Assembly (NCBI RefSeq): GCF_009914755.1
Contig: NC_060928.1
DNA: 64,000 nucleotides
Reading direction: 5' to 3' (one strand)
Origin: the human T2T-CHM13v2.0 reference genome, Homo sapiens
Of this stretch, positions 46,468 to 57,873 are shown in pieces. The notes under the pieces are model-generated. The model worked only from the letters and a program-made list of their open reading frames with translations, was not told where the DNA came from and made no database searches. Position 1 is the stretch's first letter. Each line of letters begins with the position of its first letter. A program made the translations under genes and the position numbers.

Positions 46468-47041
46468 CTTTGTGGAAGATCTTTGGTCTTTGATGATGGT
46501 GACGTACAGATGGGGTTTTGGTGTGGATGTCCTTTCTGTTTGTTAGTTTTCCTTCTAACAGTCAGGACCTTCAGCTGCAGGTCTGTTGGAGTTTGCTGGA
46601 GGTCCACTCCAGACCCTTTTTGCCTGGGTATCAGTAGCGGAGGCTGCAGAACAGCGGATATTGGTGAGCAGCAAATGTTGCTGCCTGATCATTCCTCTGG
46701 AAGTTTTGTCTCAGAGGAGTACCCGGCCGTGTGAGGTGTCAGTCTGCCTCTACTGCGGGGTGCCTCCCAGTTAGGCTACTCAGGAGCCAGGGACCCACTT
46801 GAGGAGGCAGTCTGTCTGTTCTCAGATCTCCAGCTGCATGCTGGGAGAACCACTACTCTCTTCAAAGCTGTCAGACAGGGACATTTAAGTCTGCAGAGGA
46901 TTCTGCTGCCTTTTGTTTGGCTGTGCCCTGCCCCCAGGGGTGGAGTCTACAGAGGCAGGCAGGCAGGCCTCCTTGAGCTGTGGTGGGCTCCACCCAGTTT
47001 GAGCTTTCCGGCTGCTTTGTTTACCTACTCAAGCCTCCGCA

Positions 47042-47224
47042 ATGGCGGGCACTCCTCCCTCAGCCTTGCTGCCGCCTTGCAGTTTGATCTCAGACTGCTG
47101 TGCTAGCAATGAGCGAGGCTGCGTGGGCATAGGACCCTCTGAGCCATGCGCGGGATATAATCTCCTGTTATGCCATTTGGTAAGACCTTTGGAAAAGTGT
47201 AGTATTAGGGTGGGAGTGACCTGA
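47042..47224 (+). CDS. L1 antisense ORF0, prematurely terminated (60 aa)
   Basis: MAGTPPSALLPPCSLISDCCASN...IRVGVT matches the L1 ORF0 peptide; GCAATGG Kozak context; translation is not demonstrated. Confidence 0.6.
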   Translation: MAGTPPSALLPPCSLISDCCASNERGCVGIGPSEPCAGYNLLLCHLVRPLEKCSIRVGVT

Positions 47225-47849
47225 TTTTCCAGGTGCTGTCTGTCACCGCTTTCTTTGACTAGGAAAGGGAATTCTCTGACCCCTTGCACTTCCTGGGTGA
47301 GGCGATGCCTCGCCCTGCTTCGGCTCACGCTTGGTGTGCTGCACCCACTGTCCTGCACCCACTGTCCGGCACTCCCCAGTGAGATGAACCCGGTACCTCA
47401 GTTGGAAATGCAGAAATCACCTGTCTTCTGCATCGCTAATGCTGGGAGCTGTAAACTGGAGCTGTTCCTATTCGGCCATCTTGGCTCCACCCCTGGGGAC
47501 AAGTATTTTTCAACAGGCTTTGTCTAATTGTTTTTACAAATTCTTTCACACATATAAGAAAAAACAATTAGAACATATAAGTAAGTAAAACAATTTGAGA
47601 CATCATTCATGCCAATAATTTTTTTAATGTACGAAACTAAACACAAGAATTGTGTAGGATCTATTGAAGAAAACCACAATGATTTACTGAAGGACATGGA
47701 GAAGGGCTAGAATAAAGAAAGAGATACTCCATTTTAGTAGGTGGGAGCACACAAAATTAAAATGATGTTAATTATCCACAAATTACTTTATGGACTTGAT
47801 GCAGTTAAGTCAAACTCCCCATAAAATTGCTTTATTTTCTTTTCTGTCT

Positions 47850-48320
47850 TTCCTTTTTTCATTCTTTTTTCCTCCCCTTGCGTTAGTCACACTGGTATTC
47901 TTTCTGCTTCTTGAGCTCCAAGCTCTCCCCAGGATCAGGAATTTTGCATCTGTTCTTTTATTTTATTTTTCTTATGCTGGAATTCTCTTCTGGATCTGCA
48001 TGTGGCTGCTTCTTCCTGTCATGCATGTCTTAGCCCAGTGTCACCCTGTAAGAAATTACTGAACCACCCAACTTAGAGTAACTTATAAGAAATTTTCTGT
48101 TGCATTGCCCTGCTTTCTCTTCTTCTTCACAGTTGCCAAAATCTGAAAATACATTGTTTATATATTTACATGGTGTTATCTGTTACCCCACCACTAGAAC
48201 ATAAGAGCCATGATAGCAGTGGCATGCTCCCATTTATTTCTACTGAATTTCTAGCCCCTAAAGCAATACCAGACACAAGAAAGACATTCCATTGATTGAT
48301 TTTTTTTAATGAATGATCAG
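47850..48320 (+). mobile_element. L2 3' fragment
   Basis: CCACTAGAACATAAGAGCCATGA...GAATGAT L2 tail-like. Confidence 0.55.
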
Positions 48321-48534
48321 TTTTGCAATCTGATCTGATAATTTTGCAGAGAAAGCATTCTGCTTACAGACCCATTAGACTTAATTCTGTTATTTTAAAA
48401 CATAACCATTTATTAGACTAGTTTTAAGTATTTACTTTGTTGTATTCAAACCATTTCCTAATTTTCCCTGAGTATGATTCTTATCACTACCACCATTTCT
48501 TTTTTTAAGTATTTCTCTCTCTCTTTTTACACAT

Positions 48535-48800
48535 CCTTTTTTTAAGGAACAGTTTACGATCACAGCAAAATTGAGAAGAAGATGCAGAGATTTCCCATAT
48601 GCCTCCTGTCCCCACACATCCCCCATCAGAATGGTGCATTTGCTACAACTGAGGAACCTATGCTGACAGATTATTATCACCCAAAGTCTGTAGTTTACAT
48701 TAGAATTTACCTTTGGTGTACATTTGATGGGTTTGGACAGATACATAGTGACATGTATCTACCATTATAATATCATATTGATTTTTATCACTGCCCTTCT
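48535..48800 (-). mobile_element. Old L1M (L1MC/MD-like) 3' end
   Basis: CACAGCAAAATTGAGAAGAAGATGCAGAGATTTCCCATATG. Confidence 0.6.
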
Positions 48801-48814
48801 ACCAGTTTTTAGCT

Positions 48815-48990
48815 TACGACTTTAGGCAAGTTGCTTAACTTTTCACAGCCTCAGTTTCCTCCTATGTAAAATGGGGATAATGAGAGTACCAACCTCATAG
48901 GTTTCTTGTGAATGATAAATGAATTAATAGAGATAACTTAAAACATTGTCTGGCATATAGTAAACATTCAATAGATGTTAGTTATTATTT
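48815..48990 (+). mobile_element. MIR
   Basis: GGCAAGTTGCTTAAC...GCCTCAGTTTCCTCCTATGTAAAATGGGGATAAT. Confidence 0.8.
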
Positions 48991-49114
48991 TACTAATTAT
49001 ATAACATTTATTTCTATATCTAAAACCCTGTCAGAGAGGCTTTTTTACTTTTTAAACGACCACTTTCTGAAAGACTCTTCATCAGTCAGTTGTTCATAAG
49101 TAAAAAGTGACACC

Positions 49115-49385
49115 CTATGATTAATTGGTACAAATATATTGTTTGACAGACAAAATAAAACCTAGTATTTTATAGATCAATAGGATGACTATCATTTATA
49201 GTAGTCTATTGTACATTTCAGGATAGTTAGAGAATAATTCAAATGTTTTCAGCATAAAGATAATTATTTAAGGTGATGGATATCCCAAGTATAGTTATGT
49301 GATATTTACAAATTATATGAATGTATTAAATTTTCACATGTACCCCAAAAGTATGTGCATCTATTATACGTCAATAAAAAATTGT
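49115..49385 (+). mobile_element. L1MA-like 3' end
   Basis: TTTAAGGTGATGGATATCCCAA...CACATGTACCCC...TCAATAAAAA. Confidence 0.7.
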
Positions 49386-50889
49386 TAAACAACACCAACA
49401 AAATGGCACTCTACAAGGGCTAATGTGAATGCATTGGTGTTAAGTTTGGATTCACAAGAGAACTGTGCAGATTTATGGTTTTGGTTCCAGTGACTGCATT
49501 TACCCAGGTAATATTCATAATTTTCTCTCTTGCTTTGCTATCAAAATTTCCGGACTTGTCCTTTAAGTACTTTCACTGCATTTGTAAAACAAACATCTCT
49601 ACAAATACATGACTGCTGATGGCATGTGTGGTGGTGAACAGGTTGATTTTGCTCTGGCAAATAACTGTTTATATATTTTCATTTAGCCAGTATTTACTGA
49701 GTGCTCCCCATAGACCAGCACTGTTACAGTCTCATGAGAACGACGTGGTATACACAGTCAATGAGAGTCCTGCTCTTTGGTAAGTGTGTAAACAGAGAAC
49801 ACACAGAAGAGCGGATGTGGAAAAACCTAAGTAGAAGATGTTGTGTGTTTTCAGTGGGGTTTGGTCCTTTAAAGACTCTGCAGCTTACTGTACACTAGGA
49901 TTGTTTACTCTTGAGGAGAACCTTGGCTATTTCACCCTTGATTTTAGCATTAGAGATAGATAAGCCATACTACATGTTTTGACATTTCAGTTTGATTTAA
50001 ACCAATTGACTTTGACAGCTTCATGCCAAAGCGTGTTAATTGTTCATCAGAAATAATATCCCCATGGACCAATGAATGTGTTTAGCATTAATGGGCAGTG
50101 GCTGCCTGCAAGCTTTCTGTGGGCAACAACGGACAGAAAACAAGGCGCAAGCAGTTTCAAGGGGGAAAAAAAGGTATTTCTGAAACAGCCACATCAAAGA
50201 GGATTTATCATTCCTTTGTGGTAACTATATTCTATTCACTGAACATACATGTCTTTATTCAAATAGCATTTAAAAACACCCACTATGCATAACAGGTGCT
50301 TTGGGGATACAAAGATATTGCACATTTAAGGAACTCATAGTTTGATGGTGGAATCATACATGGAAACAAATGATTAGAATCAGTTTGATTAGTTTCTTAC
50401 AGCTTAGCTAACTCTGCAGGAAGTAGTTAAATGTTTGCACAGGAAGTAAAAATGGATATTTCTGTATATAGGGGAAATCTATTTTTCTCATTCAGAATTT
50501 CAGTTCCTTGCAAGTGTTCTCCCTATCAACATATATTCAAAGGTCCTCTCCCATTGCCACAAGGCACAGAAAACATGGATTTCATGAGCGACTGCAGCTG
50601 CCCCAGGTGCGTGGTGGAGACCCGGTGTGCTTAGGTATTGCTAATGGATGTCATGCTTCTCCCAGTTTCTCAAGCTGAAAACTTGGGTGCCATCCTTGAC
50701 TTCTCTGTTATTCTCCACATTCAGTCAATCACCAAGTTTTGTCAGTCTTCTCTCTTCTATGTATCTTTCTGGTGTAGATATATCTTTTTCGCCCGCTTTT
50801 AATTGGTCTGTGGTGTAGCTTTGACATCAGTAGCTTTAAAATGCCCTCAAGTGATTATAATACATGGCAACATTTGAGAACCACTGGTT

Positions 50890-51453
50890 TGCAAATAAAT
50901 CAGAATTCGGAGTGAGACTCTGAAAGATAAATGAAGCTGGATGCTAGTTCAAGTGGTGAAAACAGATTTTAATCAATAATAACTATTGCAGTAGGACAAA
51001 GAGTCCCGTATGAACTGAACCCGACTTCAATTTTTAAAGAGGTGACTTGGAATTTTAAAGGAAAATGAGGGAATAGGGAGGGGAGCATTGGGAGGTCAGT
51101 AGAGTCAGGGGAGTGAAAAATTACTAAAAGTGGAAAGGGAGGGTTGGTCTATCTAAACTCTTCTGGGTTTGTTAATTGGCACTGATCAGTTAGACTCCTA
51201 TGCTCCCACAGAAACTGGGAGGCAGGGGCCCTGTCTTCAGGTGTTGGCTGGAACAAATAGCAGGTTTTTTTGGCAGTCTTGTCTTTTCTCAGGCAGGCAC
51301 TTTAAGGGGCAATAGGGTCATTCCAACAGCTTTGAGCTGTTAGAAATTGTGTTAGTGTTTTTTTCAAGTCTTGACTAAGCCAAGGTCGAGGCTTAGTCAA
51401 GAAAAAGGTTAGAGAAGCCTGGCTAAAATGTGGTGAAGGAGGAAATGTGGACA
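50890..51453 (-). mobile_element. ERV1 LTR (MER31/MER67-like) among MER5-like fragments
   Basis: CAGATTTTAATCAATAATAACTATTGC...GAACTGAAC...CTCAGGCAGGCACTTTAAGGGG; MER5-like pieces at about 50820-50887 and 51455-51680. Confidence 0.55.
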
Positions 51454-53870
51454 CTGCCATTTTGCTAAAGCTTCTTAAATGACACATACTGATGTCCTGC
51501 CACGTTTGAAACCACTTGTGTAGCATAGCACATATCAAACTTCTATGTATGTACACATCCCATGGGGAATATGTGGATATATGGATTCTGATTCAGTAAG
51601 TCTGGAGTCTGAGATTCTGCATCTTGATAAAGCACCCAGCTGATGCCGCTGCTGCTGATTCAAGGACCATACTGTCAGCAGCAAGGGACTAGAGTCCTGC
51701 AAGAGCCTTGTGAATGGCCCTTGTGCGTTCAATCCACTTCCCCTCTGATTCCAGTGGAACGCTGCAACCGTTGTGACCTTTCTAAAGCACATCTAATCAT
51801 GTTACTTATCTTCTTAAAACAACTTATCAAATATTAGTGCTGTCCAGGATGAAGTTCCAAATTTTGTATGATGGTTTACGAGTCCCCCTAAGCTCATGCC
51901 CCTGTCTAACTCATGGGTTTTGATTCTAGCCACTCCCTCCACTGACACGTTTAGCCATTCCTAGATGCTTGCAGCTTGATAATACCATGTTCTCTCTGGC
52001 CCTTGGAGATTTTCTATGCTGTTTCCTCAGCTGAAACATTCTTTCTCGTATACTGAAAGAATTTTATTTATTTCAGCTTAAATATTACCTCTTCTGACAT
52101 CTCCGTCCTCCCTCTTCTCCAGCCTGGGTCAAGGACACCTTCAATATGCTTCTGTAATTTTTCATAATTACCCAGCTATTGTAATTTTCAATTTGTGTGT
52201 CTCATTCATAAATTATAGGATGCATCTCTGTTACTCACTCTAATTTCCTAGTACAGTATTTAATGCATGATAGATGTCCAATAAATATTAATTATATAGA
52301 TGAGCAGGTACCATAAATACTAACTAAATGAATAAACCAATACCGTCAAAATTTGGTGGGGAGCTACAGCTTTGGTAGAAATCAATTAGAAATCAATTAG
52401 GAAATATTTTGAACAAATGCCTAAGATGAATTAAGACTTTATACATTTATGCAGAAACGCATCACCTGACCAAGTCAAAGTCAACATGAGATTCTGATAA
52501 GGACACTTGGTCTTTATGAAAAATGGAAAGACTCTTCCTTTCGCCACCAACCCCCTCAAGTTAAGGATTATCTCCAGTTTCCATGTGTGAAGGAACTGGA
52601 AACTGACAACCCTTGGTTGTCCTTCATAATTGCTTGTATATATTACATAATGCAAACTCCTTCTGTATATATTTTTTGTCCATGACTTGGCTTTAGGCAT
52701 TGCTAAGACATCTTTTGGTCAGCTTTATAACATTTTGCGTTATGAATTATGAATCTCATTCAAGGATACATGCACATACAAATAAAATGTACATATCTGA
52801 ATTTGGTAGGTTCTTCATTAGACGGATGTCTAAAGTTGGTAAAATCAGTTTATCAGCTTCTACCCTTTGCCATTGAGAACATCTTCTCCAAGCTCTTGCT
52901 GACCTCTGAGCTTTGTAGATACTGTTCCCTTAGCTGAAATATCCTGGAGTAAAATATTTCACACTGCAGTGGTGGTTTTCACCCAATATTATGGGAAATT
53001 AGGCTAAATGGGCTCCCTGTCTTTTTCCTTTCCTTCCCTGCTTCTTTCCTCCCACCCTCTTTCCTTTTTTCTTTCTCGTCCAACTGATAAGGTTTTCATA
53101 AGGATATAATGAAATAATTTATGCAAAGAGATTAGCATTGTGCCTTACATTTATTGGGCACCCGGTAAATAATGGCTGCTATCATTATTCTTGTCTTAAC
53201 AATGATCCAGTTTCTGGCCTTCCTCCTGGATTCACTTAGTTCAACCACTCATAGGAAAAAATGTTGACTTCAGTGAGGGTGATTTGAAAAGTCAACTTTG
53301 AAAGGATATGAAGTGGCATGAGAATTTGATTATGCAATTTCAAAATCCACATCAAAGCTGAAAAGTATAACTGCATTGGAGACAATGTTTGCTTCATTCA
53401 GAGTATGAGGCAGGATTCAAATCTGAGTCCAAAGATCTGAGATCTGAGACCCTGAGAAAAAACATCTTTAAGAAAAACTAGTTCTGTCTTTCAGCTTTGA
53501 TATAGTCAGGAACTACCAGGAGAATTGTCAGTCTTGCAAGTTTTTGCCCTTAGGCGTCTTGTACGGGAAGGAACATTCAGTTGCTATAGCAGCAACTACA
53601 TTAAATTATCTTTTATGCGGGTGGATATCTTTGTAAAAAAATGGTAGCAGGGTGGCTACAAGGGAAATATCACTTGTATACTTTAATTTGTAGCTCATTT
53701 TGAGCCTCAAAAAGAATTTAGGTTTTTTAAATTAGTTTTCAAAAAACTCATTTGTACATATTAGAAAAGATTTATTGACATAAAAATAATCTTTTTCTCC
53801 ATTTAAAAATCTGATTACAACTACTGTTTAACACAGTGTAAACACCGTTTAACACAGTTTAACACAGTGT

Positions 53871-54078
53871 TGAGATATTCAACACTTTATTAGAAAATAG
53901 GTTTTGTGTTAGATGATTTTGCCCAAATGTATGTGTTCCAAGCATGGTTAAGATAGACTGGGCAAAACTATACTGTTCAATAGGTTAAGTATATTAAATG
54001 CATTTTCAACTTATGATATTTTCAACTTATGATGGGTTTATTGAGACATAAAGCTAGCATAGGTGAAGAAGCATGTGT
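53871..54078 (-). mobile_element. MER47A-like (Tigger family) DNA transposon fragment
   Basis: TTAAATGCATTTTCAACTTATGATATTTTCAACTTATGATGGGTTTAT; end followed by TA. Confidence 0.7.
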
Positions 54079-54757
54079 ATTACATACAGAAAATAAACAG
54101 AGAAAGATGAAGGCATGCAAGAAGCAGTGGACCTACACTAGCAGAGAAGTGGTGGATTCTCTACAGTGGGCCTGGAGAGCAAATGGTGTGCATTGAAGAA
54201 TAACAATAGAGAGGGAATTTTCTAGGGGAAAAAATAAAAAATAGTAGAATAAGCCTAGATAGTGAGATTAAAAGATTGATGAAAAAAAGTGAGGCAAATA
54301 ACATTTAATTAATAGTATCAAGGCAAATAATACAAGAATAAAAGAAAGGTAACTAGAATTTTAAAAAATAAATTTAAAAGAGAAAGTAAAATAACACACG
54401 TGCTGATTTTCAGCAGTCGACCGAATATAGGAAAGCAGGCTGCATTGACTGCAATGCTAGCAGTAGTCGCAGAGTGAGAAGCAGTAGCAGCGGTGAAGGG
54501 ATTTTCATATCCACAGAGTATTCTTGCTTCTCTTCCTTCCCACTTCCCTCCTTCTCTGCATATTGACTTTTCCTAATTTGTCTCAAATGTTTGTCCAAGT
54601 CATGTATACATGAAGTGACACATCAAATAATATGGAAGAATCTCCCTCAGTAATAGCTCCAGGAATCCAATATAGAACCTATAGAAAAGCAAACATGACC
54701 TTAACAAGCCATAATTATCAAACACTGTTTATCGCTTTGCACCTTTTACAGTTATTT

Positions 54758-55082
<325 letters not shown>

Positions 55083-55713
55083 CCTTTTAGGGTTATTTTA
55101 CAAACAACACTTAGAATTCACGAATGCAGTGGCAGAACAAAATGTAGCCGTGTTAAGTGAATGTGCATCTAAAAAAATAACGGAAGAATGGAAGCAGAGG
55201 AGCTGATGAGTCTTTTCTTTTAAATAAAGGAAGTGCTGCTAAAAATCTTCATTTCATATTGTGGAAAACCAAGAGATACAGTCGAAAGTGAGTGGAACAG
55301 AAATGGAGGCATAGGTCTATTACTTAGTATTACAAAGGGGGCCATTTGAAGAACGGGAAAAGTATATGAATGTTAACCTTGAGAAGGAAGAGAAGGGAGA
55401 AAGCAGAAGTTTAAAAGAGCTAAGTCATCATATTGTGGAGTCATTATTTGTGGTCTAAAAATGATAAATCAAGAAATAGAGTTATGAGCATGTCACTTAA
55501 TGTCAGGAGGAAAATTATCAGAAGAGCCAAAAACAATGCTAAGAATGAATGCCACTGTGTAACCAGACTTGGTAGTGTTTACTGGGGTGTGCAAAAGAGT
55601 TTTGCTTCCTTATTAAAATTGGTTTATGTTGTTTTGTTACTGTTGATTTGTTAAGTGCATATATGGCTTAAAAACAGTCTTAAAAATAAATTACAAAAAT
55701 ATGTGAGGATTTT

Positions 55714-57370
55714 AGAAGGAAGGCAGGGAGGAAGAAAATGAGGGAGGAAGGGATGGATGGAGGAGGGAGGAAGGAAAGAAGCAAGGAGGGAAGGAAGGAA
55801 GGGAGGGAGGGAGGAAGGAAGGAGAAAGGGAGGAAGGAAGGAAGGAAGGTGAAAGGGAGGGAGGAAGGAAGGAAGGTGAAAGGGAGGGAGGAAGGAAGGA
55901 AGGTGAAAGGGAGGGAGGAAGGAAGGAAAGGAAGGCAGGAAGGAAGGGAGGGAGGGAGGAAGGAAGGGGGGAGAAAGGAAGGAAGGGAGGGAGGAAGGAA
56001 GGAGGGGGGAGGAAGGAAGGAAGGAGAAAGGCAGGGAGGGAGGAAGGAAGGTGAAAGGGAGTGAGGAAGGAAGGAAAGGAAGGCAGGAAGGAAGGGAAGG
56101 AGGGAGGAAGGAAGGGGGGAGAAAGGAAGGAAGGGAGGGAGGAAGGAAGGAGGGGGGAGGAAGGAAGGAAGGGAGGGAGGAAGGAAGGAGGGGGGAGGAA
56201 GGAAGGAAGGGAGGGAGGAAGGAAGGAGGGGGGAGGAAGGAAGGAGGGGGGAGGAAGGAAGGAGGGGGGAGGAAGGAAGGGAGGGAGGGAGGAAGGAAGG
56301 AGAAAGGGAGGAAGGAAGGAAGGAAGGTGAAAGGGAGGGAGGAAGGAAGGAAAGGAAGGCAGGAAGGAAGGGAAGGAGGGAGGAAGGAAGGGGGGAGAAA
56401 GGAAGGAAGGGAGGGAGGAAGGAAGGAGGGGGGAGGAAGGAAGGAAGGGAGGGAGGAAGGAAGGAGGGGGGAGGAAGGAAGGAAGGAGAAAGGCAGGGAG
56501 GGAGGAAGGAAAGGAGGAAGGAGAAAGGCAGAGAGGGAGGAAGGAAGGAAAGAAGGAAGGAAGGGAGGGAGGGAGGAAGGAAGGAGGGGGGAGGAAGGAA
56601 GGAAGGGAGGGAGGAAGGAAGGAGGGGGGAGGAAGGAAGGAAGGAGAAAGGCAGGGAGGGAGGAAGGAAAGGAGGAAGGAGAAAGGCAGAGAGGGAGGAA
56701 GGAAGGAAAGAAGGAAGGAAGGGAGGGAGGGAGGAAGGAGGGGGGAGGAAGGAAGGAAGGGAGGGAGGAAGGAAGGAGGGGGGAGGAAGGAAGGAAGGGA
56801 GGGAGGAAGGAAGGAGGGGGGAGGAAGGAAGGAGGGGGGAGGAAGGAAGGAGGGGGGAGGAAGGAAGGGAGGGAGGGAGGAAGGAAGGAGAAAGGGAGGA
56901 AGGAAGGAAGGAAGGTGAAAGGGAGGGAGGAAGGAAGGAAAGGAAGGCAGGAAGGAAGGGAAGGAGGGAGGAAGGAAGGGGGGAGAAAGGAAGGAAGGGA
57001 GGGAGGAAGGAAGGAGGGGGGAGGAAGGAAGGAAGGGAGGGAGGAAGGAAGGAGGGGGGAGGAAGGAAGGAAGGAGAAAGGCAGGGAGGGAGGAAGGAAA
57101 GGAGGAAGGAGAAAGGCAGAGAGGGAGGAAGGAAGGAAAGAAGGAAGGAAGGGAGGGAGGGAGGAAGGAAGGAGGGGGGAGGAAGGAAGGAAGGGAGGGA
57201 GGAAGGAAGGAGGGGGGAGGAAGGAAGGAAGGAGAAAGGCAGGGAGGGAGGAAGGAAAGGAGGAAGGAGAAAGGCAGAGAGGGAGGAAGGAAGGAAAGAA
57301 GGAAGGAAGGGAGGGAGGGAGGAAGGAAGAAAGGGAGGGAGGGAGGGAGGAAGGAAGAAAGGGAGGAAGG
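55714..57370. repeat. 1.65-kb polypurine GGAA/GGGA compound tandem repeat (VNTR) with higher-order units
   Basis: Plus strand almost exclusively A/G; rare T/C markers recur at 27, 158 and 588 bp spacings. Confidence 0.95.
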
Positions 57371-57527
57371 ACGTCTGTGGAACACTACCATTGCTATCAT
57401 CACCTCCATGACCACTCTTACCACCCCTGCTGCTGTTTCTACTTCTGCTCTGCTACTGCCCGGGATTTATGACATGCTCTCTGTGTACCTAACACCATGC
57501 TAAATGTTTTGCATGTATCATCTAATG

Positions 57528-57873
57528 CAGCAGTCCCCAAACTTTCTGGCACCGGGGACCAGTTTTGTGGAAGACAATTTTTCCACAGATGAGGGTTGGG
57601 GGAAGGGATGGTTTCAGGTTGAAACTGTTCTGCCTCAGAAAATCAGGCATCAGTTAGATTCTCATAAGGAGCATGCAACCTAGATTCCTCACAAGGGCAG
57701 TTCATAATAGAATTTGTGCTCCTATGAGAATCTAATGCCGCTGCTGACCTGACAGGAGGAAGAGCTCAGGTGGTAATGCTGGCTTGTCCACCACTCTCTT
57801 CCTGCCGTGCGGCCCAGTTCCTAACAGACCAGGGACCAGTACTGGTCGATGGCCCAGGGGCTGGGGACCCCTG
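57528..57873 (+). mobile_element. MER1B (hAT-Charlie MITE)
   Basis: TIRs CAGCAGTCCCCAA / CTGGGGACCCCTG; GGAAGACAATTTTTCCAC and TTAGATTCTCATAAGGAGC. Confidence 0.88.

Noticed and set aside
53824-53870. Short direct repeats suggestive of a CRISPR-like or iteron array
   Set aside because: Units are about 10 bp with no unique spacers, in eukaryotic context
55712-57472. Longest ORFs in the window (570 aa minus, 473 aa plus)
   Set aside because: Stop-free only because the repeat lacks the needed bases; low-complexity PSFL/GRKE translation, no evidence of a gene
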